Origin: an uncultured Pseudomonadota bacterium
GTDB taxonomy: Bacteria > Pseudomonadota > Alphaproteobacteria > Rs-D84
NCBI GenBank assembly: GCA_902781465.1
Contig: CACZJK010000001.1
Span: 221,242-285,241 of the forward strand
Reading direction: 5' to 3'
Length of the DNA: 64,000 bases
Positions 1 to 9,599 of the stretch are shown piece after piece (position 1 is the stretch's first letter; every line of letters begins with the position of its first letter). Position numbers and translations under genes: made by a program. The notes under the pieces are model-generated. The model ran no database searches. It was given only the letters and a program-made list of their open reading frames with translations, and was not told where the DNA came from.

Positions 1-115
1 ACAAGGTTATTCCAATATCTGAATTAGATGCTATGTTCGAAAGAATATAGGTGTTTTTTGCTTTACTTATCTTTCAAATTTTACTAGGATTCCCATATAA
101 AAAAGGAGAATTTTC

Positions 116-430
116 ATGGATCAAACTGTTGAAGTTGTAAATCAAGTGACACAAACTGTTCCTGCTGCTCAACCACAGGACGGTATGTGGGGTATGATTA
201 TTTACTGTGTTGTTATTATGGCAATATTGTATTTGTTTATGATACGTCCAAATAAAAAACGTATGGCTGAATATCAAAAAATGCTGGACAGTATAAAGGT
301 TGGTAATCGCGTGTTGGCGGCCGGTATTTATGGTACGGTTAAAAAAGTAAATGAAAAAACTATAAATATGGAAATCGCAAAAGGCGTTGTTATCGAAGTA
401 AATAAAAACGCCATCGCATCAATTGAATAA
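116..430 (+). CDS. yajC: Preprotein translocase subunit YajC
   Basis: 104 aa with a single TM segment and a YajC-like motif (RPNKKR...GNRVLAAGIYGTVKKV). AAGGAG RBS 8 nt upstream. Followed directly by secD and secF as in the canonical yajC-secDF operon. Confidence 0.8.
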   Translation: MDQTVEVVNQVTQTVPAAQPQDGMWGMIIYCVVIMAILYLFMIRPNKKRMAEYQKMLDSIKVGNRVLAAGIYGTVKKVNEKTINMEIAKGVVIEVNKNAIASIE

Positions 431-448
431 TTTCACAGGGGTATGTAA

Positions 449-2008
449 ATGTTTAGGAAATTAGCAATTATATTTATTTCTTTGTTTGGTATGTTGTTGG
501 CTGTTCCAACAATCGCGCCAAGTTTGGCACCTTATTTTCCATCTTGGATTCAACCAATTCCACTTGGTTTGGATTTAAAGGGTGGTGCGCAACTTTTATT
601 AGAGGTTGATACAGATGTTATGCTGAAAGAAAAGTCTGCGCAACTTTATGACGAAGTGCGTGGTGCATTGATTGACCGCAGTAAAGGTGTTATACGTTTT
701 TCTGATTTGCATAATAATGGCAACAGTGTCAGTTTGATTGTTCGTGAAAGCAACGAAGTTTCAAAGGCAAAAGGTCGTTTGAAAAGCGTTTTAGGTAATG
801 CGGTTGATGTTTCGTCAAATGGTAAGACTTTGACAATTTCTTATACATCAAAGGCGCGTGAAGAAATGATAAATGATGCAATGAATCGCAGTATTGAAAT
901 CGTTCGTCGTCGTATTGATGCGCTGGGGACAAAAGAACCTTCAATTCAAAGTCAGGGTGGTAAATATATCTTGGTGCAATTGCCGGGTGTTGATAATCCA
1001 GAACATATCAAAGAATTGATTGGTAAAACGGCCAAGATGACTTTCCATTTGGTAAATGAAAATATTACAAATGAACAATTGGCATCTGGTCACGCACCAA
1101 GCGGAACCATGTTCTTGGAATATATGGAAATGCCAGGACAAAAAATTCCTGTGTATTCCCGTGTAGAAGTTTCTGGTGACAGTTTGAAAAATTCAGAAGC
1201 ATCATTTGATCAAAATAATATGCCGGTTGTGACAACTGAATTTGATACATCTGGTGCACGCAGATTTGCAAAATTAACAACAGAACATGTTAACGAAAGA
1301 TTTGCGATTGTTTTGGATGACAAGGTTTTGTCCGCACCAACAATTCGTGAACCAATTCCAGGTGGTCGTGGACAGATTTCTGGTAATTTCACATTGCAAA
1401 GTGCAAAAGATTTGGCGGTGTTGTTGCGCAGTGGTGCTTTGCCTGCGCCTTTGGAAGTTATCGAAGAAAGAACAGTTGGTGCTGGTCTTGGTGCCGATAC
1501 AATCGCAACTGGTAAAATTGGTTCCGCAGTTGGTGTTTTGTTCGTCCTTGTCTTTATGGCAATGTTATATGGAATATTTGGTCTGTTCGCTGATATTGTT
1601 TTGATTGTGAATTTATTGATGATTGTCGGCGTGTCTGCTTTGTTCGGTGCAACACTTACATTGCCTGGTATTGCCGGTATCGTGTTGACACTTGGTATGG
1701 CGGTGGACGCAAACATTTTACCGTTTGAAAGAATTCGTGATGAAGTTCGCGAAGGTGTGCCAACATTACGCGCGGTTGATTATGGATTTACACGTTCAAC
1801 AAAAACTGTGTTGGACGGTGAATTGACAAACCTTATCTGTGCATTGATTTTGTTCCAATTTGGTGCAGGTCCAATTCGTGGTTTTGCGGTCACATTATCA
1901 ATCGGTGTTGCAACTACATTATTTACTTGCTTGTTGTTGACACGTGTTTTGGTTGATTATTATATGAACGGCAAAAGCAAAAAAATTGGCTATATCAGAA
2001 ATAAATAA
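449..2008 (+). CDS. secD: Protein translocase subunit SecD
   Basis: 519 aa. N-terminal TM, large periplasmic domain, and a C-terminal 6-TM bundle with the typical SecD motif GLGADTIATGKIG...LTLPGIAGIVLTLGMAVDANIL. Synteny with yajC and secF. Confidence 0.9.
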   Translation: MFRKLAIIFISLFGMLLAVPTIAPSLAPYFPSWIQPIPLGLDLKGGAQLLLEVDTDVMLKEKSAQLYDEVRGALIDRSKGVIRFSDLHNNGNSVSLIVRESNEVSKAKGRLKSVLGNAVDVSSNGKTLTISYTSKAREEMINDAMNRSIEIVRRRIDALGTKEPSIQSQGGKYILVQLPGVDNPEHIKELIGKTAKMTFHLVNENITNEQLASGHAPSGTMFLEYMEMPGQKIPVYSRVEVSGDSLKNSEASFDQNNMPVVTTEFDTSGARRFAKLTTEHVNERFAIVLDDKVLSAPTIREPIPGGRGQISGNFTLQSAKDLAVLLRSGALPAPLEVIEERTVGAGLGADTIATGKIGSAVGVLFVLVFMAMLYGIFGLFADIVLIVNLLMIVGVSALFGATLTLPGIAGIVLTLGMAVDANILPFERIRDEVREGVPTLRAVDYGFTRSTKTVLDGELTNLICALILFQFGAGPIRGFAVTLSIGVATTLFTCLLLTRVLVDYYMNGKSKKIGYIRNK

Positions 2009-2038
2009 AAAGAAAGTGCAATTAAAAGGGGTAAAGTT

Positions 2039-2902
2039 ATGAAACTGCATTTTATGAAATATCGTAAATTATCATATTGGATTTCTGCAATCTGTATTGC
2101 GCTTTCCATATTGTCAATTGTATTCAAAGGTTTTAATTATGGTATCGACTTTTCTGGCGGTATATCGATGGAAGTTGTTCCAACCAGTACCGAATATACA
2201 GTCGATAAAATGCGCCATGATTTGGCGGCTTTTAAACCTGAATTACAGGCGATTGATGGAAACGCTGTATTGTTGCGTGTTGGTTTGCCAAAAGGTTCAA
2301 CTGATGAAGAACAAAATATTCGTGTTGCTGAAATAAAAAATATTTTGGGCAATCGTGTCACTTATTCCCAGATCCAAGTGGTTGGGCCAAAAATTGGTGG
2401 CGAATTGATTCGTGGCGGTATTTTGGCTATCTTGGTATCATTTATAATGATGTCCGTCTATATTTGGATAAGATATCGTGGCGGATATGCGGTTGGTTCT
2501 TTTGTGTCGTTGGTATTCGATTTGATATTGATGTTTGGTTTCTTTTCTATCGCAGGACTGGAATTCAATCAAACAGCAATTGCAGTTATTTTGATGGGTG
2601 TTGGATATTCTGTGAACGATAAGGTTGTGAATTATGACCGTATTGACGAAAATATCAAAAAATATCATAAAATGCCAATTTCAGATATAATAGATTTGTC
2701 TGTTAATGAAATGTTATATCGAACAATTATGACATCTGTTTCTACTATTTTGGCAATGGTTGGTATTTATTTGTTTGGTGGACAAATGTTGCGCGAATTT
2801 GCGGTTGCGATGACATTCTCTATTGTAAGCGGAACTTTGACAAGTATCTATATTTCTAATGTTATCTTATACCACTTTAATCTAAGAGAAACAGACTATT
2901 AA
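2039..2902 (+). CDS. secF: Protein translocase subunit SecF
   Basis: 287 aa multi-TM protein. GIDFSGG motif near the N-terminal TM. Located immediately downstream of secD. Confidence 0.9.
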   Translation: MKLHFMKYRKLSYWISAICIALSILSIVFKGFNYGIDFSGGISMEVVPTSTEYTVDKMRHDLAAFKPELQAIDGNAVLLRVGLPKGSTDEEQNIRVAEIKNILGNRVTYSQIQVVGPKIGGELIRGGILAILVSFIMMSVYIWIRYRGGYAVGSFVSLVFDLILMFGFFSIAGLEFNQTAIAVILMGVGYSVNDKVVNYDRIDENIKKYHKMPISDIIDLSVNEMLYRTIMTSVSTILAMVGIYLFGGQMLREFAVAMTFSIVSGTLTSIYISNVILYHFNLRETDY

Positions 2903-2931
2903 AAATACATCCCGGGGGAAAGGAGAATAAA

Positions 2932-4440
2932 ATGAAAATAGCAAAATTATTTTTAATAATGAATTTAGTCTTTTGTCCCGGGGTGCTTTTTGCGTCTGAA
3001 TTATTTCATGATGATGCGAAGGTTATTGATGGCATAGATGTTCATAGTGCATCTGATGTATTCGCAGATATTTATGAAAAATTAGATGGTGTAAATTGGG
3101 CCGGTAAAAATATTGATGTTGCAATTGAAGCGCTTGAAAAAATAAATCCAAAGGCACATATTGCTTCGACTGGCGAAAGGGCGGTCTTGGTTTGGGGTGA
3201 TGAATTGATTGCTAATTACCCTTATCCAGAAAGCAAAGATTGGCAGGCCTATGGCGAAATTACAACTGCATTGGTTTTAAAGATGCGCGAAAAAGACGAA
3301 CAATTACGTTCTTTGTCTCAGTCAAGTTTATATGAAGTTGTTGTAAATGCTTTGATGTCCAGTATTGATCAAAATGGTTCGTATGTTTATTCGCGCGATG
3401 CGATAAATGATGGCGATATGCGCATTTTAACCAGTATTGGTTTTGATGGGGGACGTGATTTCAAATCTAATTTCAGAATAACAGGTGTTTATAAAGATTC
3501 ACCGGCGGATATCGCTGGAATTCATGAAGGCGACATTATTTCCGAAGTTAATGGAAAACGTGTTGCCAGTATGTCTGATGCTGATATGGGGGCTGTATTA
3601 TCAGGTTATAATTCTGGAACAGTAAAAGTTAAATTGTTAACACCATTTGGAAATCGTAATGTGACACTGCGTCGTGCGACTGTTGTATTGGCTGATGCAG
3701 ATATTATTCATCGTGGTAAAAATGAAACAACAGACGGTATTTTAGAAATTGTTGTTCATAAAATATCAGATGCTTCTGTTGATATTATAAATGAAGCATT
3801 AAATAAATATGCTGATGTTGGTGGAATAGTTTTAGATTTAAGAACAGCAAAAGGTGATGATGAAAAGGCCGCTGCGAAAATGGCTGGGCTATTTATGGGG
3901 GCGGTTCCTGTGATGCGTATAAGCGAAACAGCAGTTGATGAATTGGAAATTGTTCCAGGGGGTGACGCGATAACAAATGCGCCTGTGGTTGTGTTGATTT
4001 CTGATAATACCAGTGGAACCAGTGAAGCAATTGCATCGGCTTTTTATGAAAACAAACGCGGTATTTTAATTGGGACACCAACAGCGGGTCGTTCAAGAAT
4101 TGCTACTTTGATTGATTTGAAAAATGGTGGTGTTTTGGAATTGTTGAATAAATCTGTGAAAACTGGGCGTGGAAATATAATAGACGGCCGTGGTGTATTT
4201 CCTTTGGTTTGTTTATCTAATATCAGAAACACACAACAACGCGAAGCATTTTTCCTTAACATAATCAATGGCGAATTTAATGCGCGTGATTATAACAGTG
4301 ATAAAAATGTCGATATCAAGGCCTTGCGTAAGGCATGCCCAAATATTACCAATGGTGAAGACGAAGATAATATGGCAACCGCGGTAAGTACACAAATTTT
4401 GACTAACAAAACAATATATAAGAATTTGATGGATTTATAA
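2932..4440 (+). CDS. S41-family (C-terminal processing peptidase-like) periplasmic protein with PDZ domain
   Basis: Signal peptide. PDZ-like segment (GVYKDSPADIAGIHEGDIISEVNGKRV). S41-like core (VVLISDNTSGTSEAIASAF...GTPTAGRS). The usual TFGKG lysine appears replaced by TAGRS. Confidence 0.55.
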   Translation: MKIAKLFLIMNLVFCPGVLFASELFHDDAKVIDGIDVHSASDVFADIYEKLDGVNWAGKNIDVAIEALEKINPKAHIASTGERAVLVWGDELIANYPYPESKDWQAYGEITTALVLKMREKDEQLRSLSQSSLYEVVVNALMSSIDQNGSYVYSRDAINDGDMRILTSIGFDGGRDFKSNFRITGVYKDSPADIAGIHEGDIISEVNGKRVASMSDADMGAVLSGYNSGTVKVKLLTPFGNRNVTLRRATVVLADADIIHRGKNETTDGILEIVVHKISDASVDIINEALNKYADVGGIVLDLRTAKGDDEKAAAKMAGLFMGAVPVMRISETAVDELEIVPGGDAITNAPVVVLISDNTSGTSEAIASAFYENKRGILIGTPTAGRSRIATLIDLKNGGVLELLNKSVKTGRGNIIDGRGVFPLVCLSNIRNTQQREAFFLNIINGEFNARDYNSDKNVDIKALRKACPNITNGEDEDNMATAVSTQILTNKTIYKNLMDL

Positions 4441-4441
4441 A

Positions 4442-5119
4442 ATGTTTATTAGACACGATAATACTCTTAAATGGAAATGGATTGGTTGGGGCGCATTGAT
4501 TACATTGGCGTTGTGTGCTTTTGGTGTTTTGTTTTTTGATAAACCTTTGTTCGGTTTAATTAATAATCCGGCGTGTAATGTTAATATTCCAGATACTTCT
4601 GATAATTTATGTGTCACCGCGTTGGTGTTAAGTAAAATATTTTCATGGCAGGTATTATTAGCTTTTTCTTTGTTTGGCGTTGTTGCTTTTTACATATATA
4701 AAGCATTTACAAATGAATTTGATTTCAGATATGCTTTTGTAAAAATCAAAAACAGTTATTTCTTTTATGTTTTGTTATCAATTATTTTTGCGTGTGGCTT
4801 TACAAAGTTGTTAAAGATAATTATTGGTCGCGCGCGTCCTATTTTTTCAGATCCAACTTTATTTAATATGTTTTCAAATTCACATGAATTTCATTCTATG
4901 CCGTCTGGGCATACTGCGGTTGGTTTTGCAGCACTTGTAATGATAGGTATGTTGTTCCCTAAAATTAAATGGGCAACATGGACAATAGCGATAATAATTG
5001 GTGTATCACGTATTTATCTTGGCGCTCATTGGGCCAGTGATGTTATACTTGGCGCATTTGTAGGTATGATTTGTGCGGATTTCGCAAAGGCTTTATTAAA
5101 GAAAATCAATTCAAAATAG
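4442..5119 (+). CDS. PAP2-family phosphatase (phosphatidylglycerophosphatase B-like membrane protein)
   Basis: Membrane protein carrying the three PAP2 signature motifs KIIIGRARP, PSGH and SRIYLGAHWASD. Confidence 0.8.
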   Translation: MFIRHDNTLKWKWIGWGALITLALCAFGVLFFDKPLFGLINNPACNVNIPDTSDNLCVTALVLSKIFSWQVLLAFSLFGVVAFYIYKAFTNEFDFRYAFVKIKNSYFFYVLLSIIFACGFTKLLKIIIGRARPIFSDPTLFNMFSNSHEFHSMPSGHTAVGFAALVMIGMLFPKIKWATWTIAIIIGVSRIYLGAHWASDVILGAFVGMICADFAKALLKKINSK

Positions 5120-5123
5120 ACTT

Positions 5124-7385
5124 TTGCACTTTGTTCCAATTTATGATAAAATACCAATTATGAATAAAAAATCACGGTTTTTACCAACCAGCATTTCTGA
5201 TATGTTGCGCAAGTTATTTGTGCGTGGTGTTGGGGTGTTGTTTTGTTTGATTTCATTATGGTTTGTGTTTGCTTTGTTTTTCTATGATCCTTATTTATCA
5301 GGATTTGCGGCACATGGTACTTTTGGAAGCCAGGGTATAATTGGGAACGTTGTTGTTTTTGTTCGTTATGTTATTGGTTTTATACCGGCTTTATTTTTGT
5401 TTATGTGTTTGGGACGATTTGGTTTAAGTTTGTTTGTTGGTTGGGACGAAGAAAGGGCACCAGAATATAATTTATTACGCGGTTTTGTGACACTTTGTAT
5501 TGGTTGTGCAGCGCTTGGTTTAATGTGGCCAAATAAAAGTTATGGCGGATTGACCGGGGCGATAGTTGGTGGTGATGTCGCACCAATGTTGGGTGTTGCT
5601 TCTTTGCCAATAGGTATTGTTTTATTTGGTTTGTTTTTGATTATGTCTGCGATTTTACTACATATAAAATGGTCACATGTGAAAACTGCATTTATATCTA
5701 CGGTTAATGTTGTGAAATGGTTGTTATCAGTATTCCATTTAATAACACCAATTGAGCCAGAAGAATCAGAAGAAGAATACGAAGAAGAAGTTGAAGAAGA
5801 AAATGATGACGATGAAGAAGAAGTCGAAGAAAAACCAAAACGGCGTAAGGCCGCGCGCAAACGTGTTGTTGCAACTGTTGATGGAGAGGCCGTCGCACAC
5901 GAATATGAATTACCTGATCCTGAATTATTAGAAAAATCTGTGTTTGGTAAAAATGTTATTACGCCAGAATTTAGACAGACTGCGGTTTTATTACAAGACC
6001 ATTTTGAAGAATTTGGAATCTATGGCAAGGTTGTTGGAATTAAACCAGGACCTATTGTCACACAATATGAATTTGAACCAGAACCAGGTACCCGTATTGC
6101 AAAGATTACAGATACTGCGCGCGATATGACACGTGCTATGGCGACCGAGAAAATTCGTATTACCCCAATACCAGGGACCCAATATATTGGTATTGAAATG
6201 GTTAACGTGGACAGAAAGCCTGTGCGTTATCAGACTTTGATGTCTAATCCAATGTTTGTAAATTCTAAATATGCGATACCTTTGGCGTTGGGTGTGAATA
6301 TCAGTGGTGAACCAATGTATTATGATTTGGCAAAGATGCCACATATGTTGGTTGCAGGGCGTACTGGATCTGGAAAGTCTGTATTTGTACAATCTATTAT
6401 TACATCTATTGTTTATCATTTTACGCCTGATAAATGTAAATTGATGATTGTCGATCCAAAGGCGGTTGATTTTGCCGCATGGGATAATATACCACATCTT
6501 ATTACACCGGTTGTGACCGATGCAGCAGAGGCTGTAAATGCTTTGAAATGGTCTGTGCGTGATATGGAAGACAGGTATAAAAAATTACAGAAAATGGGTG
6601 TGCGTAATATTGGTGAATATAATGCCAAGGTTGCGTCATTGCGTGAAAGTGGCGAAGTTTTAACTGAACAAGTTGTTGTTGGTACGGATCCTGAAACTGG
6701 TGAATTCGAATTTGAAACCAAGGCGGTCGATTTATCAGATATGGCTTACCTTGTCATTATCATAGACGAGGTTGCAGATTTGATGACAATTGCGCGCAAA
6801 GATGTTGAAATGTGTGTTCAAAGATTGGCACAGAAAGCACGTGCCGCCGGTATTCATTTGGTTATGGCGACCCAGCGTCCAAGTGCAGACGTTATCACTG
6901 GTGTTATCAAGGCGAATTTCCCAACACGTATATCGTTCCAGGCGCGTTCTAATATCGATTCTATGACTACATTGGGAGAAAAAGGTGCAGAACAATTATT
7001 GCCTTGCGGTGATATGTTATTCAGTGAAGCAGGGCGTCCACCTGTTCGTGTTCATGGCGCTTTGATTGATAATGAAGAAGTCAATCGTGTTGCAGAATTT
7101 TTGCGTGAACAAGGCGAACCAGAATACGCCGAAGGCATCACAAGCGAAGAACCGATGGATGGTGGGGCAACAATCCCGGGTATGCCAATGTCAAAAGAGG
7201 CAAAATCAAACGACCTTTATGAACAGGCCAAAGAAATAGTTATTCGTGATAAAAAACCAACGATTTCTTATATTCAACGTAGACTGGGTATCGGATATAA
7301 CAAGGCTGCTACTATCATTGAACGTATGGAAACAGAAGGTGTGGTCAGTGCGCCTGATGCTGGCGGTAAAAGACATATTTTATAA
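5124..7385 (+). CDS. ftsK: DNA translocase FtsK
   Basis: N-terminal 4-TM domain, acidic linker, motor domain with Walker A (GRTGSGKS) and Walker B (IIIDEVADLM), and a C-terminal winged-helix gamma domain. The start may instead be the ATG at 5160 (MNKKSRF). Confidence 0.9.
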   Translation: MHFVPIYDKIPIMNKKSRFLPTSISDMLRKLFVRGVGVLFCLISLWFVFALFFYDPYLSGFAAHGTFGSQGIIGNVVVFVRYVIGFIPALFLFMCLGRFGLSLFVGWDEERAPEYNLLRGFVTLCIGCAALGLMWPNKSYGGLTGAIVGGDVAPMLGVASLPIGIVLFGLFLIMSAILLHIKWSHVKTAFISTVNVVKWLLSVFHLITPIEPEESEEEYEEEVEEENDDDEEEVEEKPKRRKAARKRVVATVDGEAVAHEYELPDPELLEKSVFGKNVITPEFRQTAVLLQDHFEEFGIYGKVVGIKPGPIVTQYEFEPEPGTRIAKITDTARDMTRAMATEKIRITPIPGTQYIGIEMVNVDRKPVRYQTLMSNPMFVNSKYAIPLALGVNISGEPMYYDLAKMPHMLVAGRTGSGKSVFVQSIITSIVYHFTPDKCKLMIVDPKAVDFAAWDNIPHLITPVVTDAAEAVNALKWSVRDMEDRYKKLQKMGVRNIGEYNAKVASLRESGEVLTEQVVVGTDPETGEFEFETKAVDLSDMAYLVIIIDEVADLMTIARKDVEMCVQRLAQKARAAGIHLVMATQRPSADVITGVIKANFPTRISFQARSNIDSMTTLGEKGAEQLLPCGDMLFSEAGRPPVRVHGALIDNEEVNRVAEFLREQGEPEYAEGITSEEPMDGGATIPGMPMSKEAKSNDLYEQAKEIVIRDKKPTISYIQRRLGIGYNKAATIIERMETEGVVSAPDAGGKRHIL
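5758..5832 (+). repeat. GAA/GAT-rich simple sequence encoding the acidic Glu/Asp linker of FtsK
   Basis: Directly visible run of gaagaa/gatgac codons encoding EPEESEEEYEEEVEEENDDDEEEVEE. Confidence 0.5.
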
Positions 7386-7424
7386 TTTTTATTTTTTACA
7401 TCTTTTTTGTCTTTTTTATAGGTC

Positions 7425-7440
7425 TTTTTTGTGATATAAT
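7425..7440 (+). promoter_or_regulatory. Extended -10 promoter motif TTTTTTGTGATATAAT
   Basis: TGnTATAAAT-class extended -10 (TG-A-TATAAT) 9 nt upstream of an RBS-bearing leader of the OMP gene. The same motif recurs at several other intergenic sites in this window. Confidence 0.5.
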
Positions 7441-7448
7441 AACACAAG

Positions 7449-8726
7449 ATGGAAAGGAGTTTTTTTATGAAAAAATATACGTTTGCTTTGGTTTTGGTTG
7501 CGATGTTGCCGGTGTTTTCTGCAACTGCGTATGGATATGGTCAATCGCAAAGCAAATATTATGCGACACGTCCTGTGGTTAAGACGAATACATATAAGAA
7601 GGCAAGTACAAGTCGCAGAACAGGTGGATATACTAACGTTATTACAAATAATTTTTATTATGGTGAACCATATCAATATCAATATAGTGCACCAATGGCG
7701 AATAATAAAAAGACAGGTTATTATAAAAAGCAAACTTCTGTCGAAAAGAAATCTTATGCATCACAAGAACGTAAATATTTCTTGGCACATCCTTTCTTTC
7801 AACCTTTGAAAGGCAAATTTGGATCTGTGACAGATTTTTCATATGCACACAATAATTTTAACTTTGATTTATTAAATGGAACTGTCGTTGGATTGGATGC
7901 AAATGTTCCTGCGGAATATAACCAAATTTTGAAGATCAGTGTTCCAAGAATAGGGGGCGAAGCAGAAACAACCCAATTTGCAATCAAAGAAGATATCAGT
8001 TATGGTTTAACCGATGCTTTAGCTTTGGTTTTGATGGCACAATATGATTCTACAAAGGTCGCTTTTAATGATTGGACTGGTGGTGATTTAGGTAATAAAA
8101 AAACAGATGCTGATATAAATTTATTGGGTATCGGCTTGCAAAATCGTTTCGTTGATAATAAAGATTGGATTATTATGGGCGAAGCTTTCTTCCAACATCA
8201 AAAAGATACTGCTAATACATTGATGGGTGGTGTGAAGGCTGGATATAAAATAGATAAAACAACTTTGTATGGTACTGCGCGTGTTTCTTATACTAATTTA
8301 ATAAATGGTGATACCTATGGTGCGTATGTAGATGATTCTACGGGTGATTGGTTGATTTTGACTTATCATACTAATGTTAAAGATGTTGTTCAGGTCGAAG
8401 GTGGACTTGGTGCGTTCGCTGTATTGAATAAATATTTCACATTAAACGGTGAATTGATGTACGGACATTATGATTGGCACAACCAATTAAATGTCAAAGG
8501 TGCAATCGGATGGCAGCCAAGTGATATGTTTGCTTTGAATTTGTATGCTTCCACTGTGTTGCATGATTCTGCAAAGGGAAAGATCAAGCAGTATATGAAT
8601 TATGATGTTAACCCAGAAATATCTGAATATGGTTATTCTTCTTCTGTGGTTTACACATATGGTGATTACAAGATTAACAATTACAACGAATGGAAAATCG
8701 GTGTGCAAGGAATCTTGTATTTCTAA
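7449..8726 (+). CDS. Outer-membrane beta-barrel protein (porin-like), hypothetical
   Basis: Signal peptide (MKKYTFALVLVAMLPVFSATAYG). Alternating amphipathic strands. C-terminal aromatic terminus (GILYF) typical of OMP beta-barrels. AGGAG RBS. Confidence 0.5.
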   Translation: MERSFFMKKYTFALVLVAMLPVFSATAYGYGQSQSKYYATRPVVKTNTYKKASTSRRTGGYTNVITNNFYYGEPYQYQYSAPMANNKKTGYYKKQTSVEKKSYASQERKYFLAHPFFQPLKGKFGSVTDFSYAHNNFNFDLLNGTVVGLDANVPAEYNQILKISVPRIGGEAETTQFAIKEDISYGLTDALALVLMAQYDSTKVAFNDWTGGDLGNKKTDADINLLGIGLQNRFVDNKDWIIMGEAFFQHQKDTANTLMGGVKAGYKIDKTTLYGTARVSYTNLINGDTYGAYVDDSTGDWLILTYHTNVKDVVQVEGGLGAFAVLNKYFTLNGELMYGHYDWHNQLNVKGAIGWQPSDMFALNLYASTVLHDSAKGKIKQYMNYDVNPEISEYGYSSSVVYTYGDYKINNYNEWKIGVQGILYF

Positions 8727-8755
8727 GGTCTTAATCTAATAAATTGGTGTTTGAT

Positions 8756-9592
8756 ATGAAAAAATATTTATTTTTGTTTATGGTTTTATGCGGCATAACA
8801 AATGCTTATGCAGAAGGTGTTGTTTTATCTGATACTTATTCAGATGATGAAAGTGTTGATGTTGCAACTAATGAAGAACCTTTTGTTGCGCCACAGACAA
8901 CATCAAAACAAAAAATAAAACCTGCAGCCAAGAATTTGTTGTTGACAGACAGTTCTGATCCTTTGTTTTTGATAGCAGATAACCAATTTTTAACTGATAC
9001 TTACATTTCTCATTTTGAAGATCATCTTCGTTTCGGACAATATGTTGGATATGGCGTGAACAATAATTTTGTTTTACATGCGAATATGCTTTATCAATGG
9101 GATTTGTCCGGAAAACATGAAAACGGTTTTTCAAGTACTGAATTCGGTGGAACATATCGTATGAGTCACGGTTTCAACGATAACCATATTATTTCTGATG
9201 TTTTGTTCGGATTGAAATTGTGGGGATCTTCACGTGTAAGAACACCTGAATATGCAGATTCAACTTATTATGCGGGACTTCGTTTCGGTCGTCAATATAC
9301 AGGTGTGACATTGGCGGGTACTATTAAATCTACATGGGTATTTGATGACGAACGTGGTTTGTCTTATCTTGATTTTATCCCAGAAGCATATTTCCGTTTC
9401 CCACAAGATTGGCGTGCAGGAATAGGATTTGATCTTCGTAAATCAACAAATGAACGTTTGTTGCCAAATCAAGAATGGTTGAATTTGAAACTGGTTCGTC
9501 AATATGGTAATACTCAATACGTTGGTCGATTTGATTATGAATTTGAAGATAAAGAAATTCAAGTCGGTGCAAATGTAAAAGTATTATTTTAA
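8756..9592 (+). CDS. Outer-membrane beta-barrel protein, hypothetical
   Basis: Signal peptide MKKYLFLFMVLCGITNAYA. C-terminal VKVLF. The ORF track begins at 8744; ATG 8756 fits the signal peptide better. Confidence 0.5.
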   Translation: MKKYLFLFMVLCGITNAYAEGVVLSDTYSDDESVDVATNEEPFVAPQTTSKQKIKPAAKNLLLTDSSDPLFLIADNQFLTDTYISHFEDHLRFGQYVGYGVNNNFVLHANMLYQWDLSGKHENGFSSTEFGGTYRMSHGFNDNHIISDVLFGLKLWGSSRVRTPEYADSTYYAGLRFGRQYTGVTLAGTIKSTWVFDDERGLSYLDFIPEAYFRFPQDWRAGIGFDLRKSTNERLLPNQEWLNLKLVRQYGNTQYVGRFDYEFEDKEIQVGANVKVLF

Positions 9593-9599
9593 TTAAATA

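Noticed and set aside
1210-1716. 168-aa ORF antisense inside secD
   Set aside because: It lies entirely within the well-supported secD frame on the opposite strand. It has no RBS and its composition is simply that of AT-rich antisense sequence, so it is a spurious ORF.
5991-6497. 168-aa ORF antisense inside ftsK
   Set aside because: It is embedded in the conserved FtsK motor domain and is an artefact of the AT-rich antisense strand.
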